Under the pieces are notes generated by a model. It did not search any database. It saw only the letters and a program-made list of their open reading frames with translations, and was not told where the DNA came from. From IMG/VR virus record IMGVR_UViG_3300031993_006627, positions 1-64,000 of that record: a stretch of 64,000 nt of DNA; one strand, given 5' to 3'. Positions 29,224 through 39,094 of the stretch are shown here, in pieces; the stretch's first letter is position 1, and each line of letters opens with the position of its first letter. Position numbers and translations under genes: made by a program. This DNA is from a virus. Lineage: Duplodnaviria; Caudoviricetes.

Positions 29224-30083
29224 AAACGAACACCGTTTGTCAGGAGTTTCTCTTTCAGGATTCTCTGAATCTTGGTTATCCGGATATGAAGCCGGGTGAC
29301 AGAGAGGCCAACTTCCTGGCAAACGGTGTTTTCATCAAGGCGCTCGGCGCCGATTCCAAAACAATGCTGGAGAATGAATTTGTCCCGGTCGGACAAGTCT
29401 TTCATGGCGTTTTTGAGTTCTGTGATGACGGCGTCCATCTCGTCAGATTCCTGAGAACCGTCGTCCAGATTATCTTTTATAACTTCGCCGAATGTACCTT
29501 TCTTTGGATCGTCTTCTGAGATATGTGCTTCGATGGAGTAAACTTTCAAATCAGCTTTATTGATGTTGTCGAGCTGCTTCTTGGTCATTCCCGTGATTCC
29601 CAGCAGCTCCTCTTCGGTCGGTTCTCTGTTGAACTGACTTCGGAACGAGTGTTTCACCTTTTCCAAGTTCAATACCTTCTGAGTTGCTCCTCCGGGGATC
29701 CTGATGGTATGACACTGTTCCGCGAGCGCCTTGCGAATGGATTGCTTGATCCACCAGGTCGCGTAGCAACTGAACTTGGCTCCCTTACCCGGAAGGAACT
29801 TGTCGGCTGCGATTACCAGGCCCCGGTTTCCTTCTGCCACGATATCCGCAAAGGTCATTCCGTATCGCTTGAAATCATGAGATATCTTGATTACAAGGCG
29901 CAAATTACTACAGATAAGTTCTTCTCTTGCAGCAGCTTTCTCCTGGTCAGTCCCATGGTGGATAATATTCGATAGCTCAATCTCGCGTTTGGTCGTAATG
30001 CGCGGGATGTCTTCGATGTCCTTCATGTAGCGGGAGATATCTTCTGTGATGATGGAAGTGTTGCGGGTCTGGGCACAAATCAT
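29220..30083 (-). CDS. Sigma-70 family RNA polymerase sigma factor (RpoD/RpoS-like, no region 1.1)
   Basis: NLRLVIKIS, EGNRGL..AADKF..GAKFSCYATWWIKQ, TIRIP, REPTEEEL, region 4 HTH. RBS AAGGAG before ATG 30083. Confidence 0.93.
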   Translation of the reverse strand: MICAQTRNTSIITEDISRYMKDIEDIPRITTKREIELSNIIHHGTDQEKAAAREELICSNLRLVIKISHDFKRYGMTFADIVAEGNRGLVIAADKFLPGKGAKFSCYATWWIKQSIRKALAEQCHTIRIPGGATQKVLNLEKVKHSFRSQFNREPTEEELLGITGMTKKQLDNINKADLKVYSIEAHISEDDPKKGTFGEVIKDNLDDGSQESDEMDAVITELKNAMKDLSDRDKFILQHCFGIGAERLDENTVCQEVGLSVTRLHIRITKIQRILKEKLLTNGVRF

Positions 30084-30180
30084 GAGCTGCTCCTTGTGAT
30101 TTGGGTTGGTTGTGGGAATACGAAAATATACCATGAAAAACGCAGATTGCAAGCCCTGTTTCGAGACTTTTTCGAGAAAA

Positions 30181-30209
30181 TTTACAGGGCGCGCGTCTGA
30201 TGGCATAAT
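30181..30209 (+). promoter_or_regulatory. Promoter TTTACA-17-CATAAT (GGCATAAT class)
   Basis: Same motif as the promoters at 59-64 kb. Confidence 0.55.
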
Positions 30210-30297
30210 ATGATGAGACCTGCTTATTTGTGCCCACAGTGGGCATGAGAGGCAGTATCAATAACCGGTGCACTGTGCACCAGGAAGGAGTGGCTCT

Positions 30298-31263
30298 ATG
30301 CCACAAAAAGTCAAAGCCGTTGTGTCTGACATGATCGGGCACGAAACCAAGAATCTGGTCATCTCCAACGAATGTCTCGCCCTTGGCGATGACCTGCAAC
30401 CCAGGATCATGGGCTCCGCGATCACAGTCGCGCTTCCCACGAACTTCGGCGAATATCATATCGCCGCAGTCGGGTTGCTCTCCGTGATGACGAAGCGGAA
30501 GATCAATTTCGTGTTCGTCACCAAGGAGGAAGACAAGGAATGGTGTGAAGCAGACATCTGTCTTCTGCCATGGAGCAAGATCTGGGGCGGCGATAACGAT
30601 ACATGGGAAACCATGATCGGCGTCGCCGAGAACACCCAGTGGTTCCTCGATATGTTCCAGGAGCCCCAGGCAGCGGAAGGGTTCTTCCGGTCTCTCTACA
30701 ACGAATACTATGATGGCCTTGAGGACATCATGGCGCTCGACCGCCTGGAGGGACGTCAGAATGAGAAGATCGCGGTGCATCTCCTGATGTACTGCCAGCA
30801 GCGCATGAGCACCCTGTTCAAGCTGCAGCAGTTCAGAGGTAAGATGATGCGCGAAGTTCGTGTTGAGGTCATGAAAGACCGTCCCGGCATCCTTGTTGTG
30901 CCTGAGGCGAGCACGAATATGTACCTCATTAATCTCTTGGAATGGATCGCCCTGTGCGTCTGTGAGCAGAATCTGCAGAAAACGAATCCGGTCTATGTCG
31001 TCGTTCTTCATTGGAGCGATGGCTGGCGCGTGTATCCGGCTCTTGAGCTGGAAGACACGGGTAAGTACCGTGAAGTCAAGAACATGCGGTATCCGTTCAA
31101 GCTGCAGCATGCTCTTTCCAAGTACAAATGCAAAGCTGTACCGCAGGAGATCCTGCCGTACATTACTTGCCCGGACAACAAGACGGCCTTTGAGGTCGCG
31201 GTCTGGATGAACGAGAAACGGCTTGGCAACAAGACCAAGCTGGAGGAGATTGTGAAGAAATGA
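30298..31263 (+). CDS. Degenerate MYG1-like protein
   Basis: Aligns by eye with 61334..62419 but lacks HxDD and DHH. Confidence 0.5.
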   Translation: MPQKVKAVVSDMIGHETKNLVISNECLALGDDLQPRIMGSAITVALPTNFGEYHIAAVGLLSVMTKRKINFVFVTKEEDKEWCEADICLLPWSKIWGGDNDTWETMIGVAENTQWFLDMFQEPQAAEGFFRSLYNEYYDGLEDIMALDRLEGRQNEKIAVHLLMYCQQRMSTLFKLQQFRGKMMREVRVEVMKDRPGILVVPEASTNMYLINLLEWIALCVCEQNLQKTNPVYVVVLHWSDGWRVYPALELEDTGKYREVKNMRYPFKLQHALSKYKCKAVPQEILPYITCPDNKTAFEVAVWMNEKRLGNKTKLEEIVKK

Positions 31264-31610
31264 CTACGACATATCAACTGGTTACTTCCAACGCCACGGA
31301 GCAGATGTTCCGTGGCGCTATTTTCGGGATCCCGCCGCTCAAGGAACAGGACCGTCGGTTCTGCGAGCTGATCGACAGGCTCCATGAGGTCAGTGAAGCT
31401 GTGGAAAATCTCAAGCCTTACAACGCGCTCGGCAAGAGCATGCAATGGGGGCTCCAGCAGATGATCCAGGCTACCACAGCCAACGTGATGAACACCCGCC
31501 TGCTCAAGAATGACAGGGACGTGTTCCGCACGTTGAACGAAATGGAGAAGCGCACGGCAAGGTTCGAGCGCATCGTTGGTATCCAGGGATGGAAGGAGCT
31601 CTACGCATGA
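31260..31610 (+). CDS. Hypothetical protein
   Basis: ATGA coupling. Confidence 0.7.
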   Translation: MTTTYQLVTSNATEQMFRGAIFGIPPLKEQDRRFCELIDRLHEVSEAVENLKPYNALGKSMQWGLQQMIQATTANVMNTRLLKNDRDVFRTLNEMEKRTARFERIVGIQGWKELYA

Positions 31611-32587
31611 TCGAGGGCTACAAAGGATTTGATCGGGACTGGACATGTCTCAACCAGCGTTACAGACTCGGTGAGACTGTCACGGTCGATGGCAAATTGG
31701 AGATGTGCGAGAATGGGATTCATTTCTGTAAGAATCCCATTGGCGTGTTCGGTTACTACTCCCCCTGTGATTCTGTATATGCTCGTATCGAAGCCAGTGA
31801 CGAGTGCATTCAGGAGCCTGCGAGCAGTTTCAACACTACCAAATGTTGCGCACGTTCGATCACGGTCAAGAGTGAGCTCGATGTTTGGGACATGGTATTC
31901 TTTGCAGAAGACTACATGTCAGCCAACTCCATCAACGGGAACAAGAACATCTACACAGAGAACTACTACGAAGAACGTGTCAATGTTACCTATGTGCGAG
32001 ATCCTTATTCGTACTGGGTCGCTACGTCTACGATGGTTCTTGCAACGGAGCTCTCGTCATGTGTGAGGAACACAGGCGGAGGCATCGCCATTGCTATGGC
32101 CCCGCTGTCAATCGCGACAGTGGAGCGCGGCTGGGAAGGCGTCGCCATTGCAAACGGAAGTCAGTCGGCGGCGAGAGCCGCGAGCAGCGGTGCCGTGGCT
32201 GTTACTCTTGGTTGCGATTCGGTTGCTATTACCGAGGGTGACGAATCCGTGGCTTTCGTAGGTGCGTCCAGCCTCGCTGTCGTGAAAGGTCGCAACAGTG
32301 TAGGCATGTCCGTATTCCGTGGAGCCAAGGTTCTACTCGAAGGTGATGGATGCGTGGCTATGGCTCTCGGTGATGTTGAAGTTCGAGGGAAAGGTTGTGT
32401 TGTCATATTGGCATGCGGCTACAAGAAGGAAGCCCTGATTAAAGCCACAGCCGGTACCAGACTTCTCATCCCATTCCTCGACACAATGACCTACAACGAA
32501 ATCATCTGCGGAGAAGCGGATGACTGGCCGGCGGGCGTTGCCCGCAGCTACATGGATATCATGGAGGATTTTCTGAAAAATGTATGA
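31607..32587 (+). CDS. Phage protein with YKGF..C..G.HFC domain and Gly/Ala/Ser beta-solenoid repeats
   Basis: YKGFDRDWTC..MCENGIHFC; 11-residue A.A.G..S repeats. Confidence 0.75.
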   Translation: MIEGYKGFDRDWTCLNQRYRLGETVTVDGKLEMCENGIHFCKNPIGVFGYYSPCDSVYARIEASDECIQEPASSFNTTKCCARSITVKSELDVWDMVFFAEDYMSANSINGNKNIYTENYYEERVNVTYVRDPYSYWVATSTMVLATELSSCVRNTGGGIAIAMAPLSIATVERGWEGVAIANGSQSAARAASSGAVAVTLGCDSVAITEGDESVAFVGASSLAVVKGRNSVGMSVFRGAKVLLEGDGCVAMALGDVEVRGKGCVVILACGYKKEALIKATAGTRLLIPFLDTMTYNEIICGEADDWPAGVARSYMDIMEDFLKNV

Positions 32588-32733
32588 CATTCTGATTACA
32601 ATCAATTCGCCGGGACTCTATGCCCTGGTGCCCGTTCGGGAATTGGAACAGTTCCACAAAGTGCTCATTGTTACCGCAGAGGAGATTGCTCCTAAGCGCT
32701 GGGATACAAACAACAAATGGATGGAGGCCACTC

Positions 32734-33123
32734 ATGCACAAGAAAGCTGAACGCAGCGATATCGTTCCCTTCGGGGATTTCAACTGGTGCGCCAACAGGG
32801 ACTGCCCGAAGGCGCTGATCTGCGGGCGCTCTGTGAGGCGTTTGGACTTTCTGCCGAAACAGGTCCTGTGGCAGATGGCTCCTGCACCGGATGAGACAGG
32901 GAGCTGTGAGTTCCAGGAGCCGTACAAGACCTATGCCCATGCGCTCGTCTACCCGGAGCTGAAGGCAATGCGGGATGACGTGGCGGAAGCCATCGACGTC
33001 ATCCGCAAGCTGTACGACGAAGACGGCACGCTTGATAACATCCAGGCTATCCTGGAGAGTGTCGAAGAGCGTGTGAACTACTTGCTCACTGGCTTCGAGG
33101 AGAAGAAAAATGCCAAGAAATGA
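32734..33123 (+). CDS. Hypothetical protein
   Basis: RBS GGAGG. Confidence 0.65.
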   Translation: MHKKAERSDIVPFGDFNWCANRDCPKALICGRSVRRLDFLPKQVLWQMAPAPDETGSCEFQEPYKTYAHALVYPELKAMRDDVAEAIDVIRKLYDEDGTLDNIQAILESVEERVNYLLTGFEEKKNAKK

Positions 33124-34381
33124 CACTGTGGTCGACAACAACGACTTCGACTGTGAAGACCTGCACGCCGCCTTTGACAGCCTGCAGGAGCTTGAGTCGA
33201 CTGTCCGGTCGTTCTGCGGCAGATGGGATTGCAGTGAATGCCCGCTGGGCAAGCATATTGCTCCCGAAGCAGCCTATCCGGCTGACGCCTGCCCCACACT
33301 CCAGCATATCCGTGATCTGCGGTATATCCTGCAGGATCATGTACGGAAGACTGTTGTGAAGGAAAGAGGGCTTGATAAGTATAAAGTCGACTGGGTCGAT
33401 AAACAGAAGGTATTCTTCAAAGGATTCGACCAGGATCTGTGCTGCAGAGGTATGCAGTTCGAGGTCGGCTGGGAGTTCTCTGTGAATGGTCCTGCTGCTA
33501 TCTGCGAGAATGGAATTCACTTCTGCTGCAACATCCTGGAGGTGCTTGACCATTATTCGCTCCCGTGGAGCAGGTACTGCACAGTAACTGTGCCGGAAGG
33601 TGATGATGTGTCCGTCGCGTTTTCATCGGATCATGAGGAGACAAAACGGTGTGCGACGAAGGTCAAGATAGAATGTGAACTCAGTCTATCTGATTTCGTT
33701 CGTAAATTGCAGGCCGGTTACGGTTTCCGGTATGACATCGGGACTTGGTTTTCGAATGACACAATTACCGTCGGCACCGATTGGGCATACTACTGGTGCA
33801 ATGCACCTGTCGGTGTTCTCACAGGATGCTATTCCATGATGCACTTGGATGGCTACATCGGGGTTGCCAAAGCATGTAACTCTGCTGTTTACATTGACTG
33901 GGAACACGCCGTGGCCATCGGGATGAAAGAACACACAGTGGCGCATACCACAGGCTACATGAGCATTGCCATCGCCAAGGAGTGGCGCAGTATTGCGCTT
34001 GCAGATGGGACAGGTTCTATTGCCATTGCGCATGGTACGGAGGCAACGGCCATCGTTGCAGAGCGCTACAGTGTGGGTGTCGATGTGCTCGGAGCAGGCA
34101 GTGTAGTTCGCCTGGAATCAGAGTACTGCGTCGCTGTTGCCACAGGCCATACGGTTGTCACGGCAGACTGCTGCACAGTAGTTATCCCTTACCATCATGA
34201 CAGCGAGAGATTCTCCGTGTGCGCAGTAGAGGGAACCAGAATCATCTGGGTGGGTAACAACGACGAGGATCCGGTCGTAACCACAGTAAGTGAGGACGGG
34301 CCTATCAAACCAAACAAAACCTATGTGTGGTCGGACTTCATCTACAATGTTCTTGGTAGACCGGCCACTTGGAAAGACTGA
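33110..34381 (+). CDS. Paralog of 31607..32587 with an extra N-terminal Cys domain
   Basis: FKGFDQDLCC..ICENGIHFC plus the same repeats. Confidence 0.75.
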   Translation: MPRNDTVVDNNDFDCEDLHAAFDSLQELESTVRSFCGRWDCSECPLGKHIAPEAAYPADACPTLQHIRDLRYILQDHVRKTVVKERGLDKYKVDWVDKQKVFFKGFDQDLCCRGMQFEVGWEFSVNGPAAICENGIHFCCNILEVLDHYSLPWSRYCTVTVPEGDDVSVAFSSDHEETKRCATKVKIECELSLSDFVRKLQAGYGFRYDIGTWFSNDTITVGTDWAYYWCNAPVGVLTGCYSMMHLDGYIGVAKACNSAVYIDWEHAVAIGMKEHTVAHTTGYMSIAIAKEWRSIALADGTGSIAIAHGTEATAIVAERYSVGVDVLGAGSVVRLESEYCVAVATGHTVVTADCCTVVIPYHHDSERFSVCAVEGTRIIWVGNNDEDPVVTTVSEDGPIKPNKTYVWSDFIYNVLGRPATWKD

Positions 34382-34393
34382 AAGGAAACAATC

Positions 34394-34801
34394 ATGTCTG
34401 TTATTATGACCATTGGTGTGGCAGCCACCATTATTCTGCTGCTCGCTGCGTCTTACTTCTACGCCAAGGGCATGGAGCAGGATGCTGCGCAGGACGATTT
34501 TGAGCACTTACGCAACAGCTTCCGTGCCATCGGCCACCTCGCGCAGAAGCACAAAGATGGGAGTATCACCACAGCTGATCTCGAAGCGGAGATCGACAGG
34601 GACGCCGCATATACCGACAAGTTGCGAGGTTTATACGGCTCCGCGAGCAGAAAGAACTGTCGCATCAGCTGGATCGTAGGGCTTATTGCCTTCTTCACGA
34701 TACTCCTGTCAATCCTGCTGGAGTCTTATCTGGACTACGCGGTTCAGGAGGCCTATCATCGGGGCGTTCTCGAATCCGTCCAGAAAGGAGTCCAGCCATG
34801 A
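34394..34801 (+). CDS. Two-TM membrane protein
   Basis: Two hydrophobic stretches; RBS. Confidence 0.7.
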   Translation: MSVIMTIGVAATIILLLAASYFYAKGMEQDAAQDDFEHLRNSFRAIGHLAQKHKDGSITTADLEAEIDRDAAYTDKLRGLYGSASRKNCRISWIVGLIAFFTILLSILLESYLDYAVQEAYHRGVLESVQKGVQP

Positions 34802-35094
34802 AAATGGTATTCAGTGACGGGACCGAGATCGAGATCCCGATGACAGATCCGGATGCTGTGCAAAAGCTCATGGACAATACTGAAGCACTTATCGAGACCA
34901 ACGAGAAATGGATCGCGGCGAAGGAACGCGAGATCCAGGCAATCCGTAAGCATGTATTCACATTGCGTCGTGAGTACGATGCTCTTGGTGCTCTGAAAGA
35001 TGCTATTGAGCGGCACAATGAGGCCATGGAGAAGTATGCGCGGGAAAGCAACCTGCAAAACACTCAGAGGAGTATTGAAGATGGCGAAGAATGA
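34798..35094 (+). CDS. Coiled-coil hypothetical protein
   Basis: ATGA coupling. Confidence 0.7.
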   Translation: MKMVFSDGTEIEIPMTDPDAVQKLMDNTEALIETNEKWIAAKEREIQAIRKHVFTLRREYDALGALKDAIERHNEAMEKYARESNLQNTQRSIEDGEE

Positions 35095-35881
35095 TTGGAG
35101 CAACATTATTTCCGGCGGTGTCTGCACCAGCGGCACGCTTATGGATCTTCATGATCTTGACAGAGTCCGTGTTTTGAATTATCATATCGGGCATGGTGCT
35201 ATCATGCGTACTGGTAAGCTCAACTCACTGCAGGACATCGTGGTAGATGGCAATCTGAATGCGAGCGACACATTTATCTGCAAGATGACGATACCGACGG
35301 GCTACGCTGCCTTGTACGGGAGTACAACAGGATCCCGTGTGTTTGTCGGTGGGCATCTGGACTGTAACAGCAAAGTGGTGCTCACAGAGCTGGAAATTGT
35401 GTCCGGCGGCAGAGTCACAGTTCAGGGAAGTTCGTTCATACGCAATACTACGGTCTGCTCCGGCGGGGCCGTTGCCATGTATGGGAATACCAGCGCGCAT
35501 CTCATGGTGATTTCCAGTGGTGCAACTGTGACCCTCTACGGCCAGGCTGAACTGACCAGTGCACAAGTGTGCTCCGGCGGCTATCTGGAATGCTGGGATG
35601 ATACCAACACGTCAGATCTCTATGTCGCGGAAGGCGCCAAATTCGTGTGCCATGATGGGGCCGAGGTTGTTTATCAGCGGGATTCCCCGCAGAAGCCTAT
35701 CGACTTCGGTGTCTCATCTGCAGGCCAGTCCACAGATAGTGGCTGGGTGGATATTTACAGGGCGAAAGTATCGGTATATCCGGATAACCTTGTAGTGATT
35801 GATCTTCCCGTGTCCATGCAGAAAGCATTTGCAGTCGACAGGATCCACATCAACTGGAAGGGTGACAAAAATGGTAAATGA
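35081..35881 (+). CDS. AIDA-like repeat protein
   Basis: V.SGG-type repeats about every 19 aa. Confidence 0.7.
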   Translation: MAKNDWSNIISGGVCTSGTLMDLHDLDRVRVLNYHIGHGAIMRTGKLNSLQDIVVDGNLNASDTFICKMTIPTGYAALYGSTTGSRVFVGGHLDCNSKVVLTELEIVSGGRVTVQGSSFIRNTTVCSGGAVAMYGNTSAHLMVISSGATVTLYGQAELTSAQVCSGGYLECWDDTNTSDLYVAEGAKFVCHDGAEVVYQRDSPQKPIDFGVSSAGQSTDSGWVDIYRAKVSVYPDNLVVIDLPVSMQKAFAVDRIHINWKGDKNGK

Positions 35882-36563
35882 CAAACCGTTCGCCAATATC
35901 AGTGGCCACCTCTATATCTCCAGCGGTCTCTTTGAGTTGCCGGAGGACATCCAAGCCAGACTCGACGGAAACGTACCTGGCGGCCTCATAGCAGTGGGGA
36001 GAGAGGGCACCATGAACATCTACGGGGGTAAAGCCTCACAGACCGTCAGAAAGGCCTGCGTTGAAAATGGCGGGTTCATGTTCGTGTCCGGTTCTCTGGC
36101 CGGCGTGTACGACTGTCATGTCAATGAAGGCGGCAAGCTGTCCGTGGTTTCCGGGGCTGCGGCCTGGGAAATTGAAGTGGAGGGTGAACTCCGTCTGGTG
36201 TCTGCTGCCGGCAACGTGGGCCATGTCCATGTATCGGCCGGCGGATACGTGCAGGTCGAGGGCTGCTGGGTGGATAGGGTCACGACGTATGCCGGTGGTT
36301 CTCTGTCCGTTCTGAGTGGTGGTCATGTGGAAGTTCTGCATGTTGCTCCAGGGGCTGTGTGCCATGTCATCAAAGGTTCCGTTGCAAGTGCGGAAATTCA
36401 TTCCGGCGGTACGCTGACTGTCACGGATGGCGCAGCCACGGAACTCAGCGTGGATTCCGGTGGAGTTGTCATCAGGAACGGTCGTTGCAAGATCCACTAC
36501 CAATCCTATTCCCAGGTTGGAGGGGCCTCATTCGAGGAATACCACGATGCCGAAATTGATTAG
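35871..36563 (+). CDS. AIDA-like repeat protein
   Basis: VENGG, VNEGG, VSAGG, IHSGG, VDSGG repeats. Confidence 0.7.
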   Translation: MVNDKPFANISGHLYISSGLFELPEDIQARLDGNVPGGLIAVGREGTMNIYGGKASQTVRKACVENGGFMFVSGSLAGVYDCHVNEGGKLSVVSGAAAWEIEVEGELRLVSAAGNVGHVHVSAGGYVQVEGCWVDRVTTYAGGSLSVLSGGHVEVLHVAPGAVCHVIKGSVASAEIHSGGTLTVTDGAATELSVDSGGVVIRNGRCKIHYQSYSQVGGASFEEYHDAEID

Positions 36564-37158
36564 AGCTACTTGGGACTGGGGCTTTGAGTATCGTGGCGGA
36601 ACGGAGGCATCTGGTGAGCCTGGTCATTGGACAGTATGCCGTGACAGGTTCCAGGATAACTCTTTCCCATTCGCAAAGCGAAATGCCAAGAGTTGCAACC
36701 TCCATGAGGACAAAGAGCGGTGGAAAAAGCTGCATGGATTCAGGAAGGTCTTCGATGAGAAGGCCCTGAAGGAATTCAGGCGCCCGGAAGGTATGACAAC
36801 ACCGAAGTTTGTCCCAGGTGAGAAAGTCTGGGCGGTGTGCCCGGATGTTTGGAGTCCCTTCGCGGCCAAAGGTGTTGTATGTTCCATAGACTGGAGTTTC
36901 TCCACGCAGAAATGGATATATGGCATTGCCTGGTACGAGCGTGTCAAGAATACACCGGAAGGTTGCCCGAAGAACCAATACCGCATCGCAGTCAGACATG
37001 TTCTGGAAGAATATCTCTACAAGTTCGAGGATAAGGCGAAAGCAAGAGAACTTATGATCGGCACCATTGCCAAGATCTTGAAATGGGTTGCCGATTTTGA
37101 GGACCGCTTGCATAATCTGAAACCCAAAGACTTGAAAGAGGGTGACTGGCTGAAATGA
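36547..37158 (+). CDS. Hypothetical protein
   Basis: ORF in operon. Confidence 0.7.
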   Translation: MPKLIRATWDWGFEYRGGTEASGEPGHWTVCRDRFQDNSFPFAKRNAKSCNLHEDKERWKKLHGFRKVFDEKALKEFRRPEGMTTPKFVPGEKVWAVCPDVWSPFAAKGVVCSIDWSFSTQKWIYGIAWYERVKNTPEGCPKNQYRIAVRHVLEEYLYKFEDKAKARELMIGTIAKILKWVADFEDRLHNLKPKDLKEGDWLK

Positions 37159-37188
37159 CGCTGGGTCTCTTTGTAGGAGGTAACGCCT

Positions 37189-38088
37189 ATGAAGAGACTC
37201 AAAGTTTTGATCATCAATGGTGGCGGAATTTTCGGCTGTCTTCCAGCTCATTTTCTTTCCATGCTACCAACAAACCAGCAGAGCCTGAAAGGTATTGATG
37301 TTCTTTCAGGATGCAGCGTGGGCGGCATATTGGCAGCCGCATATGCTGTAGGTCATCAGTTTGCGCTCATTGATGACGTTTTTCAGCGCAGGGCAAAGGA
37401 TTGTTTCAAGAAGCGGTTCGCCGCCAAGATAAATCCACTCGCATGTCCCACGTATGATAACGACAGCATTGATGAAGTAATACAAGAGATGATCGGAGAA
37501 AGTACGATGCGGGATGTCCATAAGATTTTCCCGAAGTTGTCTCTGATTATTCCTGCGTTGGATGTCACTGATGATAAGTACATTGTGTTTGACAATATCA
37601 GACACAAGTATGATCTGGTTCCTCTGAAGAAGATCGCAGGTTATACGTCGGCTGCACCGAGTTATTTTGCGGGAAGAGACTTTAATGGTCACTGTCTTAT
37701 TGATGGCGGTTTGATAGAGGTCTTCCCTATGATCACAGCAACCACGTCCGTGAAGAAGAACCTTGGTGTTCCATTCATGAACATGTCTGTGCTGATGCTC
37801 GGTACAGGTCAGGACAAGGATCAACATCCTTTAACACTCAAAAGCTACAACAATCTTGGACTTCTTGGGATTGCTACTGATGTGCTTGTTCCTTATGCAA
37901 CTCTGAGTAATTCTCTGGCAACAGAGTATTGGGGCCGCAACATGGGATACGGCAATTTCTATTACTTCAACCCAGTTCAGACGGATGGTAAACTTGATGA
38001 TGTCAAGCAGATTCCGGCTCTGGTGAAAGAAGCAGACAACCATCGGGAAGAATTTCTCGAAGTCTGGGATAAGTGGTACAACGACTAA
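37189..38088 (+). CDS. Patatin-like phospholipase
   Basis: GGGIFG, GCSVG nucleophile elbow, SAAPSYF, DGG. Confidence 0.92.
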   Translation: MKRLKVLIINGGGIFGCLPAHFLSMLPTNQQSLKGIDVLSGCSVGGILAAAYAVGHQFALIDDVFQRRAKDCFKKRFAAKINPLACPTYDNDSIDEVIQEMIGESTMRDVHKIFPKLSLIIPALDVTDDKYIVFDNIRHKYDLVPLKKIAGYTSAAPSYFAGRDFNGHCLIDGGLIEVFPMITATTSVKKNLGVPFMNMSVLMLGTGQDKDQHPLTLKSYNNLGLLGIATDVLVPYATLSNSLATEYWGRNMGYGNFYYFNPVQTDGKLDDVKQIPALVKEADNHREEFLEVWDKWYND

Positions 38089-38150
38089 GGTTATCGTAAA
38101 TAAAGACCCGCTGAAGTTCACGGCTCCAGCGGGTCCAAACTCTAACACAC

Positions 38151-38402
38151 ATGCGTAGTATTCGCCAATCTAATGAGAAACAAGCAAAACCAATTCAGTG
38201 TATAGAAACTGGAGAAATCTGGGAATCTGTACATGAAGCAGCCAGACAGCTTGGGTTAAACCAGGCTAATATGTCTAAGCGCTGTCAGAATTATGAAGCT
38301 GGCAAAACATACAGACGTCACACTTATCGGGGCAAGGCTGTACTTCATTTTCGTTGGATTGATAAACAATTAACCAACCAATCACCCAACTTGGTTGTAT
38401 AA
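38151..38402 (+). CDS. Stand-alone NUMOD1-like HTH DNA-binding protein
   Basis: IQCIETGEIWESVHEAARQLG..LHFRW, paralogous to domains of 59944..61116. Confidence 0.7.
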   Translation: MRSIRQSNEKQAKPIQCIETGEIWESVHEAARQLGLNQANMSKRCQNYEAGKTYRRHTYRGKAVLHFRWIDKQLTNQSPNLVV

Positions 38403-38483
38403 TCAGGTTGGGTATTCGCCTTCAACTGGCCCGGATCAGAAATGTTCCGGGCTTTAATTTTCTACCCCAGGTGGAAATTTCAA

Positions 38484-39092
38484 ATGAGTGAAAACAAAGA
38501 AATCGAAGTGACTCTGCGTACACCGGCCGATTGGATGCAGATGGCAATCGAACATAAGATCGGGAACCAGGAACTCTGGGACCATATCGACAAAAGCAAG
38601 GAAGAGAAGACCGTGTTCGACGGTAAGGAATGGCCGACGCTGTTTGCTATCACCGAGGAGCAGCGTCAGACTATCAACGAACACGTCGACGCGATCTTCA
38701 ACGTCTGCATGAGCGGCGGGATCCCGATCACGGTCGTCATGCAGGAGATGAACATGGGTGGCATCGGTGCCTACAACGTGATGAATGTCATCCCGCGTGG
38801 ACGTGCCGGCCGTAAGATCATGGAAGTCGGAAACATCGTGCATGCTTTCATCGGGGAAGGCACGATTGATTCCCAGAACAGATCGCTGGACTACATCGTC
38901 ACCCGGCACATCGCCAACCTGACAGCGCTCCTGTGGAAGGCCAAAAATCACGAGGTTCCCCGCGAGGAGTTCCACATGCAGATGGAACTTATTGTCCAGG
39001 CGATCTGCAATTACGCCGGAGAACTCAGTAATACGCTGGAACTCTCGGATCCAGAACCTGTTCCCAGTGAAAATGACGAGAAGGAGATCTGA
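38484..39092 (+). CDS. Hypothetical protein
   Basis: Strong codon bias. Confidence 0.75.
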   Translation: MSENKEIEVTLRTPADWMQMAIEHKIGNQELWDHIDKSKEEKTVFDGKEWPTLFAITEEQRQTINEHVDAIFNVCMSGGIPITVVMQEMNMGGIGAYNVMNVIPRGRAGRKIMEVGNIVHAFIGEGTIDSQNRSLDYIVTRHIANLTALLWKAKNHEVPREEFHMQMELIVQAICNYAGELSNTLELSDPEPVPSENDEKEI

Positions 39093-39094
39093 TC

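Noticed and set aside
14828-38088. CBASS system (E1/E2/JAB plus patatin)
   Set aside because: No CD-NTase is visible and the patatin is ~19 kb from the E1 gene.
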